Below are positions 56,892 to 64,000 of a stretch of DNA of 64,000 bases, one piece after another. The notes under the pieces were generated by a model. The model saw nothing but the letters and a program-made list of their open reading frames with translations, was not told where the DNA came from and made no database searches. Both the position numbers and the translations under genes were made by a program. Each line of letters begins with the position of its first letter. Position 1 is the stretch's first letter. Source of the stretch: Acidobacteriota bacterium. Its GTDB lineage: Bacteria > Acidobacteriota > Thermoanaerobaculia > Multivoradales > J023. The stretch is from assembly GCA_029263315.1 (NCBI GenBank), contig JAJCXR010000003.1:64615-128614 (forward strand), read 5' to 3'.

Positions 56892-58156
56892 GGCGTCGAC
56901 TCCAGCTCTTTTTTATCCGCCCCCACCGCCCGCCGTGCCGCGACCCAAGTGGAGACCAAACGGCCGACCGAGACCAGGGGGCGGAGGACAATCGAGCGAA
57001 ACATACGCCACCCTATGTAAACCATGAACAGGGCCATGAAGCCGGACATCAACAGCGAGGAAAGACTCACCTCCGGGGATCCGGCGGCGAAGGCCATCAC
57101 CTTGTCGGGAAACAGTCGCACGGAGCTCCAGACGCGAGGGGCGATCTTCCAAATGAAAAAACCCCACACCGCAATGCTCAAGACCGAATAGACGGCCAGC
57201 GTGGCAGTCACCCGTTCCGACCACGGTAACTCCTCCGCCGGCCGGCCCCGCAAGCGATGCCAATAGTGCTTGATGATGCGGCTAGGCTGACGACTGAGAT
57301 TGGTGACTCCTAGGGCATCCGCCAGCATCCAATAGCCGTCGAACTTGAAAATCGGGTTCAGCGAAAACAGCGAGCTGCCGGCGATCATCAAGATGCCGAC
57401 CCCGAGGGGCTCCCAACCGGTGAGGCTGTATGCCACGAGATAGACAGCCGCCGTCAACCATTGGAAGTAGAGGCCCCCGAGATCCACTACGACCCGCTGC
57501 TTGCGTTGCAGGCGCCAGGCCGAGCTGACGTCGCTGTAGAGGGCAGGGTAGATCAAATAGAAGGTGAATCCGATGTCACTGGGCCGGGCTCCATAGTAGG
57601 CGCAGGCCGTGGCATGGCCCAGCTCATGGAACACGATCGACAACATCAGGAGCGCGTAGCCGGCCCAGAAACTAGAGTCGTGAAACTGCTTGGTCAGGGG
57701 TTCGGCCCCCCAAATCGCAAAACCCATGGCGACGCTGAGAAGTAGCGCGGCGACCACTTGGGGCTTGAATAGGGGCGTCAGGACAGAGACGATCCGCACC
57801 ACCGCGACTTCGGGTAGGAGCCGAATGCGGAACCAGAAACCCAAGGGATTGTCGTTGGCATTGTCTTCAATGCTCTCGATACGCTCGAGCAATTTCTGAT
57901 ACTTCGCCTCGAGCTCCTCACCGGAAATGGTGCTCCCTTGGGACCGCGACAGTGCCGCGGCGATCTCCTCGGAGCTGACACCCGATTGCCGGAGCTGCAA
58001 TAGCCGATGGGCGCTGGCCGACAAACGCATGTTGCTGCCGTTACGACCGCTCAACAAATAGGTCGGTTTGGCCTCGGAGATATCGACCTGCCGACGCTCC
58101 GTCAAGCCGATCCAGCGGGGTCCTTCCACCGTCTCTTGGGCGCCGCCGGTTGTCAT
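56888..58156 (-). CDS. Membrane-embedded zinc metalloprotease, M50/site-2-protease-like (HExxH within a transmembrane segment), with N-terminal cytoplasmic domain
   Basis: LSIVFHELGHATACAYYG in a hydrophobic segment. About 8 transmembrane segments. Start at MTTGG (58156), avoiding overlap; the track ORF to 58201 is over-extended. Confidence 0.55.
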   Translation of the reverse strand: MTTGGAQETVEGPRWIGLTERRQVDISEAKPTYLLSGRNGSNMRLSASAHRLLQLRQSGVSSEEIAAALSRSQGSTISGEELEAKYQKLLERIESIEDNANDNPLGFWFRIRLLPEVAVVRIVSVLTPLFKPQVVAALLLSVAMGFAIWGAEPLTKQFHDSSFWAGYALLMLSIVFHELGHATACAYYGARPSDIGFTFYLIYPALYSDVSSAWRLQRKQRVVVDLGGLYFQWLTAAVYLVAYSLTGWEPLGVGILMIAGSSLFSLNPIFKFDGYWMLADALGVTNLSRQPSRIIKHYWHRLRGRPAEELPWSERVTATLAVYSVLSIAVWGFFIWKIAPRVWSSVRLFPDKVMAFAAGSPEVSLSSLLMSGFMALFMVYIGWRMFRSIVLRPLVSVGRLVSTWVAARRAVGADKKELESTP

Positions 58157-60102
58157 GGCGTCGCCTCTTCCATCGTCGAGGCGCGAGCGAGCCGATGCCA
58201 AAGGACTGCCGAGCGTAGAACAAAGGCCGTCGTCAGATCACAGATACCTGATACCCCCTGAATTCGCTGCAGCAAGCTCTGCGCCCGCTCGAGCTCGTCC
58301 AGGTCAATGGCCCGGGTGCGGACGCGGGCCCGCCCTTGGGCCAAGGCGAGCCCCTGAAGCGCCAAGGCAGCGCTCATAGCGTCGCTGGCCGACGCGCCCC
58401 AGTCGGCGCTTCGCCACGCCTGCCGCAGGAAAGACTCGGCCCGTCCCACCACCGAAGATGTCGAACGCAGGGCGACCAAACAACGCAAGCAAGCCACGGT
58501 GGGATACAGACCACGATAGGCGCTGCTGCGCCAACTACCGTCGGCTTGCTGCTGCTCTTCGAGCCAGGTCAAACCCCGCTCGATGGGCTCCGCAAATCGC
58601 TGCCCGTCGAAGAGAGCCAGGGCTTCCAAGAGTTGGGCCGTGACCGCCGCATCCGGCTCACCCACGGGCAGCGTCTCACCCTGTGGCGATCGCCGGATCC
58701 AAGTCTCGACGGCCCCATCGGGTCGCAACACACCAAAATCTTCGAGCTGAGACAGGAGTTGGGCACAGTGTTGCTCGGCATCTTCTCGGCGTCCGGCGCG
58801 TAGTAGGATGCGCAGAATCAAACCCAGATGATCGCTGTCGGCAGGTAGCCCCATGGAGACCGCAGAATAGCTCCAGCCGCCACCGGGGCGGCGGCGGTAG
58901 ACGAGATAGTCCACTTGGCTTTGAATCAGCGGTTGCAGTTGGCCTTCCAAGAGGCTGTCGACGTCGCAGAGGGCATCGGCCGCCATGGCCAATGGCAGCA
59001 CATCGCCTACTTTCGAAGTGACGTCTCGCCCTGCGTCGGTGGGCCGCCTTCCACCGCTAGCACCCCATCGGTGCAAGATTCGCTGCACCGCATCCCATGC
59101 CACCTCCTGCCAGGCATCCGAGGGCGGTGGCAGGGCTACGGCAAGCCGACGGGTTGTCGCCTGCCGCTTCTCGGCGATGTGCTCGAGTTGTTGCAACACA
59201 GCCTGGCAGCGTTCGCGGATCGCCGACGTTTGCCGGTGCCAGAGCAAATCCGGATAGCCCTCGGTCAAGCGCTCCGACTCGGCGATGGCTTCCAGGGCAA
59301 GCCTCATGGTGTATCCCACATGGCCACCGTAGTATATCTCGCGACGGGTGCGCTCTCCGTCGGCTCGCAGTTGCCGACGGTCGCCAGCAAAGGCCGCAGC
59401 GGTGACGCGGCTGAGCAGCAACGAAGGAAAACCACTTTCAAGATCCGCCCGCCAGTCGGTCAGATCATCGAGCATCTGTCGAGCTGTGTAATAGCGTTCG
59501 ATGCTTTGGGTCAACGGTTCGTAGCACCGATCGTCCTTGGCCAACGCCGCCAGTCCCGCGACGGAAACTTTGGCCAGGCCGCACTTGCCGACCGCGACCG
59601 AGACCGCCTGCGCTTCCGTGAAACGCTCCCAGCTCGCCTCCGGACTAGCCAGCTCACGTTCCAGGAGACAGGCTTCGGTATAGGCGACCCAATAGTCGCG
59701 GAAACGGTTCCAAAAGGGGTCCGTCGATTCGATAAGGGGATGCAGGAGGCGATAGCCCTCGAACTGCATGACTTCGATGCCCAAGACATCGCCGGTGATG
59801 TGCTCGGTCTCTTCGTCCATCACTCGATCTGCAACGATGATGGAATCGAAGATCAGGCCGGCACCTCGGGCTAGAGGCTCGACCTGGGCCAGCTTCAAGT
59901 CTGGAAAGGCATCGAGGAAAAGGTAGGGGTAACCGTGGTAGATCGAGTCGGGGTCGCTGCATTGGTGTCTCACACCCTTCGGCCATGCCCCGACCGCCAG
60001 CGCACGGGTCGCCGCGGAGTCGACCATCAGGCGCTGTATCTCTGGCGGAAAAAGGCCTGATGACACGTCCTTCGGAGGCGACGCCTTGGTGTCGCTGGTC
60101 AT
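58153..60102 (-). CDS. Terpene-cyclase / prenyltransferase-like alpha/alpha-toroid repeat protein (649 aa) with an unassigned N-terminal domain
   Basis: C-terminal half holds QxxDGSW-type repeats (LEEQQQADGSWRS, YRRRPGGGWSY). The N-terminal 300 aa are unassigned and include an acidic segment QMLDDLTDWRADLESG. Confidence 0.5.
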   Translation of the reverse strand: MTSDTKASPPKDVSSGLFPPEIQRLMVDSAATRALAVGAWPKGVRHQCSDPDSIYHGYPYLFLDAFPDLKLAQVEPLARGAGLIFDSIIVADRVMDEETEHITGDVLGIEVMQFEGYRLLHPLIESTDPFWNRFRDYWVAYTEACLLERELASPEASWERFTEAQAVSVAVGKCGLAKVSVAGLAALAKDDRCYEPLTQSIERYYTARQMLDDLTDWRADLESGFPSLLLSRVTAAAFAGDRRQLRADGERTRREIYYGGHVGYTMRLALEAIAESERLTEGYPDLLWHRQTSAIRERCQAVLQQLEHIAEKRQATTRRLAVALPPPSDAWQEVAWDAVQRILHRWGASGGRRPTDAGRDVTSKVGDVLPLAMAADALCDVDSLLEGQLQPLIQSQVDYLVYRRRPGGGWSYSAVSMGLPADSDHLGLILRILLRAGRREDAEQHCAQLLSQLEDFGVLRPDGAVETWIRRSPQGETLPVGEPDAAVTAQLLEALALFDGQRFAEPIERGLTWLEEQQQADGSWRSSAYRGLYPTVACLRCLVALRSTSSVVGRAESFLRQAWRSADWGASASDAMSAALALQGLALAQGRARVRTRAIDLDELERAQSLLQRIQGVSGICDLTTAFVLRSAVLWHRLARASTMEEATP

Positions 60103-60151
60103 CGGGCAGGCTCGGGCATCAATCGGGTTCCTCCCCGTGGCACCGCAACGT

Positions 60152-60190
60152 CAAAGGCAAAAGATGGGCGCGACCTTTGACGCGCCCATC
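60152..60190 (-). terminator. Rho-independent terminator or attenuator directly downstream of the precursor-peptide gene (minus-strand hairpin gatgggcgcg-tcaaaggt-cgcgcccatc then TTTTGCCTTTG)
   Basis: Direct reading. It sits between the precursor stop (60197) and the next minus-strand gene start (60102). Confidence 0.6.
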
Positions 60191-60196
60191 ATCTTC

Positions 60197-60376
60197 TCAA
60201 ACCAAAACCGGCTCGGAAGGCTCACTCGGCTCGACGCTGAAAGACCCACAATTCACGTCGCACCACAGGCCATCGGCGCCCACCGCAGCGGCGAGCTCAA
60301 TGCGGCGTTCCAGATCCTCGACGTCGAGATCCTCAGCGTTCAGGGATTCAATCTCGAGAAGTTTCTCATCTTTCAT
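60197..60376 (-). CDS. RiPP-like precursor peptide (59 aa): acidic helical leader plus Cys-containing core
   Basis: MKDEKLLEIESLNAEDLDVEDLERRIELAAAVG | ADGLWCDVNCGSFSVEPSEPSEPVLV. Strong SD gaaaggaagaagcg before ATG 60376 (the track start at 60406 is a TTG over-extension). Own terminator. Flanked by a radical SAM/SPASM enzyme, a protease and a permease. Local AT-rich DNA. Confidence 0.6.
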   Translation of the reverse strand: MKDEKLLEIESLNAEDLDVEDLERRIELAAAVGADGLWCDVNCGSFSVEPSEPSEPVLV

Positions 60377-61015
60377 CGCTTCTTCCTTTCTGAAAAGGGG
60401 TTTCAAGGATCGAGCATGGCCTTCCTAGTGGTCAGGCTATACCCTAGGCTACACGCCTTCTTTATCTTCGGCCCTTGCCGACCGAAGTGCCGAATCTCGG
60501 CTTCAACCTTATCTTCAACATTCCGCGTAACCAACCCATCCGGCAGCCACCTCACTTGGCAGCCGAAGCAAGCCGACTGCACAGACTTCATCACGAGCGT
60601 GGAGCTGTGCTACCCATCTCCTTTGCCGAAATCGTACTTCTCAAGAAACTATTGTGCTTCAGTTGAATTCGACGCACCTTATCCTTATCCATAGCCAGGC
60701 CGACCCCACTCTGGATTGGCGTATAGGTAACGCCTTACAAGCTTTCAACTTACCTAGCACGATATTTGAGACCTGAGAAAATGTCAATAGCGAAGTTGAA
60801 AGGTGAGTGTTTCCGAGAGCTGAGAATCGGGCGGCATGCCGGGCCGCCGGACAAGAGATCGCAAACCCGAGGGATCCGGTTTGAAACGGCTGGCCATCCT
60901 GTACAATCTGAGGTTGATCGTTCTAATCAAGTTTTGGCAGCTCAACCTTGGCGGTTGAGCCTGAGCAAGGCTACGGCAATCAACTCGTGTCAGCTCGGCC
61001 CCACCGGAGAATCGA

Positions 61016-61999
61016 ATGAGCCAGAAAACAACCTCGAAGCAAACTTCTGGACAGTCGACGCCAGACGACGCCTCCGCCATCGATTTGCACAACCTCTCAG
61101 AACCTCTGTTGCAACGATTGCAGCAGCTAGAAGCCTTGAATGGGTACGACCAATGTTTCCACCGCGCCGTGCCCAACAACTACGTCTATATGCTGATCAA
61201 TGCCAGCTATCCACTGGAAGACTACTTGGCCGGCATTGCCACCAACACGGCACCACTCAATCGTGCCAATGGCCGTGTCTATCGATACTGTGTGGACAAG
61301 GTTAAGGAGCTACCACGGCAGGCTGTGCTCGGAAACGATGAGCTGATTCAATGGTTGGGCGGATGGAAAAAAACGACAACCACCTCGGTCAATCTCAAAG
61401 GGGTGGCCTTTGCCGAGAAGGTTTTTGCCTTTCTCGCAGACGCAGGCCTCGACGCCCGACGCCGCTGGCGAACAGAGGCTCCTGAGATGCATGACATGTT
61501 CACGCGGCAGATCCCCCACAAGATCGAGCATCTTCTGCGACTCAATCTGAGCATCCCCCATGACCTGGTGACCCAGTCCCTACAACGGCTGATGGATGAG
61601 GTATTCGGGGCTTCCGATACATTCTCATTGATCGAACGGGTTGAGGTCGCCAAACCCAACCTCAGCAATGACACCTCAGTGACGAATTACCCAACCATCA
61701 TCCTTTACCTCGTCGTTGATGCTAACGAGCCGGCGCGCCGTGACGAAGTCGATCAGCTGTTGCGTCTACTTCATCCGTGGGCTGCCGGTTTTGAGCACGG
61801 CCTCGGGGCGGAGTCGGACTTCGCCGACCTATGGTACCCATTCCTCACAGTTACCCAAGGGTACAAGCTTTGGAAACGGTACTTGCGGGTGGTGGGATTG
61901 CTCGACGAAGTCTACGACCGGGACTTCAACTATGCCTATTTGAGAGGCAGGCCAACACTTAGGAACTTTCCGCAAGTCCTATCCCAGTACCGGCCTTAG
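61016..61999 (+). CDS. Hypothetical protein (327 aa), no recognisable domain, low-GC gene inside the RiPP-like locus
   Basis: Long ORF with SD ggaga. GC clearly below the genome average. Converges on the radical SAM gene with a 13-bp gap. Confidence 0.5.
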   Translation: MSQKTTSKQTSGQSTPDDASAIDLHNLSEPLLQRLQQLEALNGYDQCFHRAVPNNYVYMLINASYPLEDYLAGIATNTAPLNRANGRVYRYCVDKVKELPRQAVLGNDELIQWLGGWKKTTTTSVNLKGVAFAEKVFAFLADAGLDARRRWRTEAPEMHDMFTRQIPHKIEHLLRLNLSIPHDLVTQSLQRLMDEVFGASDTFSLIERVEVAKPNLSNDTSVTNYPTIILYLVVDANEPARRDEVDQLLRLLHPWAAGFEHGLGAESDFADLWYPFLTVTQGYKLWKRYLRVVGLLDEVYDRDFNYAYLRGRPTLRNFPQVLSQYRP

Positions 62000-62012
62000 T
62001 ACACCTATCCTC

Positions 62013-63521
62013 CTACTGGTCGCAGACCCGATCGACGTGAGCGCTGAGGGCTTCGCCGGAGGTGTAAGCTTGGAAAGCGTCGGCAACACTAGAACGAAAG
62101 CGCGACGCAAAGGCATCGCAAAAGTTCATGTGCAAGCTGCCGGTCTTGCCCTCGGCCAAGACCGCACATCCACCTCCGCAGTGCATGTTATAACGGCACT
62201 TACGGCAGGCGGGGTTGCTCGCCACCGTCCGACTCCGCCACAATTTCTCATTGTCGCCGCGGATGTGTAGCTCTCCCTCTTCGGAGATGTAGCCGAGACG
62301 AATGTTGGGGTTTCCGGTGCGTTCCCAACAGGCGTAGATGTCACCGAAGGCATCGAAGATGTACATCCCGACATGGGCACTGCAGAAACTCTCGCGAACC
62401 GGTGGCATACCGCTGCCATTGCCCGATTCGAGGAATAAGCGGTGGGCTTGATTGCGAGTGGAATCGTCCGGCCGCCCCAAGACCTTTATACTCGGATGCT
62501 CATCACGCATCGCAGCCAACGCCTGATCGAGCTCATAACTGTTCATCGTCGTCTGCTTGGAAACGTTGTCGTTGCCGGGCTGAATAGGAGCCGTATAGGC
62601 GCTGAAAGTGGGCATCTCGGGCCAACCTTCGGCGTAAATCGCCTCCGCCACCGCAGGCATTTGATCGATGTTGTTGCGATCGACATTGAGCCGCACGCTG
62701 ATACCGACGCCTTTTTCCAGGGCCCAGGTCACGTTGCGTCGGATCTTCTCCCAAGAGCCGGAGCCATCGGCATAGATGCGCCGTCGGTCGTGCTCTTCCG
62801 GGGGGCCATCCAGGGTCACCTGGATATTGGCGATCCGCTGCGGTGAGATGAGGTCGCCATAGGCCTCGATTTCCGTCGCATTGCTGACCGCCGAAAAGGT
62901 GGCTGGACCAAGCTCCAAGGCCTTGTCGACAATGTTCTGAATGGTTGGCAGATTCGCCGCCAGCAGGGGCTCGCCGCCGAAAAATAGTATCGAGCGACTG
63001 GGCGCCTGGCCGTCCTTGATGCCGTGTCTAGCCTCAATTTGAGGCATCGCACCGAAAATCCGATCTATCATCTCGGGCTTGATGGTGCGCAGCAGATGGT
63101 TGTACTTGGGATTCGTCCGCATGTGATCTTGGAAACAATAAGCACAGCGCAGATTGCAATTGTAGGTTGGCATGATGACGTAGCTCGGCATCTTCGCCAC
63201 CTTCTGCTGATGGATCTTGGTGGCCATCTTGACCAACAACTCTTCCTCTTCCTCGACACTCATATTGGTCAAATAACCGCGACGTATCAGGGTTTCGAGG
63301 GCCCCATCGGACGGCGCCTTCACCTCCTCCTCGACGGTCGACGGCTCAGAAACCCAAGCGCCGTAAAGAGGTTGAGGAGCCCGGCGAGCTTCCAGCGACC
63401 GCAAGTAGTTTGCTACTTTGCGTGAAACCTTGTCATAGGCCCCGGTATAACCGTGCACGAGGAGCATTTCTTCGCTGGTGTCCGGTAAGTCAACATAGAT
63501 CGTGTAGCTACTCGCGCGCAT
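62013..63521 (-). CDS. Radical SAM enzyme with C-terminal SPASM domain and about 130-aa N-terminal extension (possible RiPP recognition element)
   Basis: CNLRCAYC (CxxxCxxC). SPASM auxiliary-cluster cysteines C…CWERTG…CRKCRYNMHCGGGCAV. Start at ATG 63521 with SD aaggagg; the track ORF to 63608 is over-extended. Confidence 0.8.
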   Translation of the reverse strand: MRASSYTIYVDLPDTSEEMLLVHGYTGAYDKVSRKVANYLRSLEARRAPQPLYGAWVSEPSTVEEEVKAPSDGALETLIRRGYLTNMSVEEEEELLVKMATKIHQQKVAKMPSYVIMPTYNCNLRCAYCFQDHMRTNPKYNHLLRTIKPEMIDRIFGAMPQIEARHGIKDGQAPSRSILFFGGEPLLAANLPTIQNIVDKALELGPATFSAVSNATEIEAYGDLISPQRIANIQVTLDGPPEEHDRRRIYADGSGSWEKIRRNVTWALEKGVGISVRLNVDRNNIDQMPAVAEAIYAEGWPEMPTFSAYTAPIQPGNDNVSKQTTMNSYELDQALAAMRDEHPSIKVLGRPDDSTRNQAHRLFLESGNGSGMPPVRESFCSAHVGMYIFDAFGDIYACWERTGNPNIRLGYISEEGELHIRGDNEKLWRSRTVASNPACRKCRYNMHCGGGCAVLAEGKTGSLHMNFCDAFASRFRSSVADAFQAYTSGEALSAHVDRVCDQ

Positions 63522-64000
63522 TGTTACTCCTCCTTGAGCCCACACGGACTCTAACGCCTGCGTCAACCTGTCGACGGGGCTTCTACTTCTAGAGATGGGA
63601 GAGACCACGACGAGGCTACACGCTTGCGGGGGAACCTGTCAAGACGAAAAGACCTCCCGCGATGGTGCCCAGCACGCCACGGCCGTGAAGGCGTCAATGC
63701 CCTAATCGACAATACCCTTCGGGTTGGTCGGCCGAGAATGGCCTTTGGCGACAACTTCGAGCGCTACGCTGCTGGGTCAAAGACGCCGATGGCATGCCGC
63801 TGGGTCAGCTCTTCAGGTGGCGATGGGAGCAAGGCCATCTTGCTCCGTCCCCCACTGGGGAGTGCAGCGTCGCTGCTAGCAGTCTGTGGTGAAAGTGCTG
63901 CGCGAATGAGAGCGAGATTTTTTTCGTCAGAACAAGGCGCAGAATTGCATGAATATTGGTGATCTTCAGAGATTCTGTAACACAGTTCTGGCGGAAAAGG

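Noticed and set aside
60377-60406. Longer 69-aa version of the precursor peptide (MKPLFRKEEAM…)
   Set aside because: The upstream start is TTG without an SD. The internal ATG at 60376 is preceded by gaaaggaag at optimal spacing, so the 59-aa form is preferred.
63563-63962. Small ORFs at the right edge (63563..63754 minus, 63624..63962 plus) as additional precursor peptides
   Set aside because: No RBS, Arg/Pro-rich improbable composition, and no leader-like features. The region is more likely the radical SAM gene promoter.

Overview
This is a 64 kb window of high-GC (about 65-68 %) chromosomal DNA from a Gram-negative bacterium. The FtsX/ADOP permease, the pilT-pilC-pilS-pilR block and a PATAN/DUF4388 protein fit Acidobacteriota or a myxobacteria-like deltaproteobacterium; that placement is an inference.

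The window is gene-dense, and I call about 45 protein-coding genes by reading the six-frame track and translating unlisted regions by eye. I did not recognise any rRNA or tRNA, but without tools I cannot exclude a tRNA.

Genes called, in order:
- **1-9.6 kb:** a TamB/AsmA-like giant protein on the minus strand that runs off the left edge and is missing from the ORF track because it has no in-window stop; then nadK, tlyA and ispA; an O-antigen-ligase-family membrane protein; a sugar C-methyltransferase; rmlC.
- **9.7-16.3 kb:** hbd; an SDR dehydrogenase; a 1-Cys peroxiredoxin in a lower-GC patch; a penicillin-binding protein (PBP) transpeptidase with an endonuclease/exonuclease/phosphatase (EEP) family protein; a Cys-rich zinc-ribbon protein in a low-GC islet.
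- **16.8-26.9 kb:** an MsbA-like ABC exporter; the type IV pilus genes pilT-pilC-pilS-pilR; an FmdB zinc-ribbon protein and a DUF4388 (PATAN) protein; moeA.
- **27.6-38.9 kb:** a minus-strand run of a formylglycine-generating-enzyme (FGE) family protein, a DUF547 protein and a penta-heme cytochrome c; a secreted M10-like metzincin with FN3 domains; sbcC and sbcD.
- **39.3-45.5 kb:** an FHA plus sigma-54 activator; a cupin; a UshA-type 5'-nucleotidase; kynureninase; upp.
- **45.7-53.6 kb:** two giant genes. One is a 1328-aa secreted protein with Gly/His repeats, a poly-Asp run and two von Willebrand factor A (vWA) domains. The other is an 1136-aa polytopic membrane protein with an embedded CAAX-protease/bacteriocin-processing (CPBP) intramembrane protease domain.

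The most interesting region is 53.5-63.6 kb. It looks like an uncharacterised RiPP-like peptide maturation locus (RiPP: ribosomally synthesised and post-translationally modified peptide). A radical SAM/SPASM enzyme carries an N-terminal extension. A 59-aa leader-plus-core precursor peptide (MKDEKLLEIESLNAEDLDVEDLERR...GLWCDVNCGSF...) is followed by its own terminator. Downstream sit two prenyltransferase/terpene-cyclase-like alpha/alpha-toroid repeat proteins, an M50-like intramembrane zinc protease and an FtsX/ADOP permease, all co-oriented with the precursor.

Other notable signals:
- A roughly 170-nt intergenic element is present in two copies (11.65 and 49.9 kb), each upstream of a plus-strand gene.
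- A 51-bp palindromic tandem repeat lies at 11.39 kb.
- Several in-frame coding microsatellites occur (TamB, sbcD, the giant secreted protein).
- An inverted-repeat operator sits upstream of the peroxiredoxin.
- There are duplicated roughly 80-bp elements near the sigma-54 activator.
- Many opposite-strand ORFs in the track are high-GC artefacts and were rejected.

All domain calls rest on motif recognition by eye, not on database searches.
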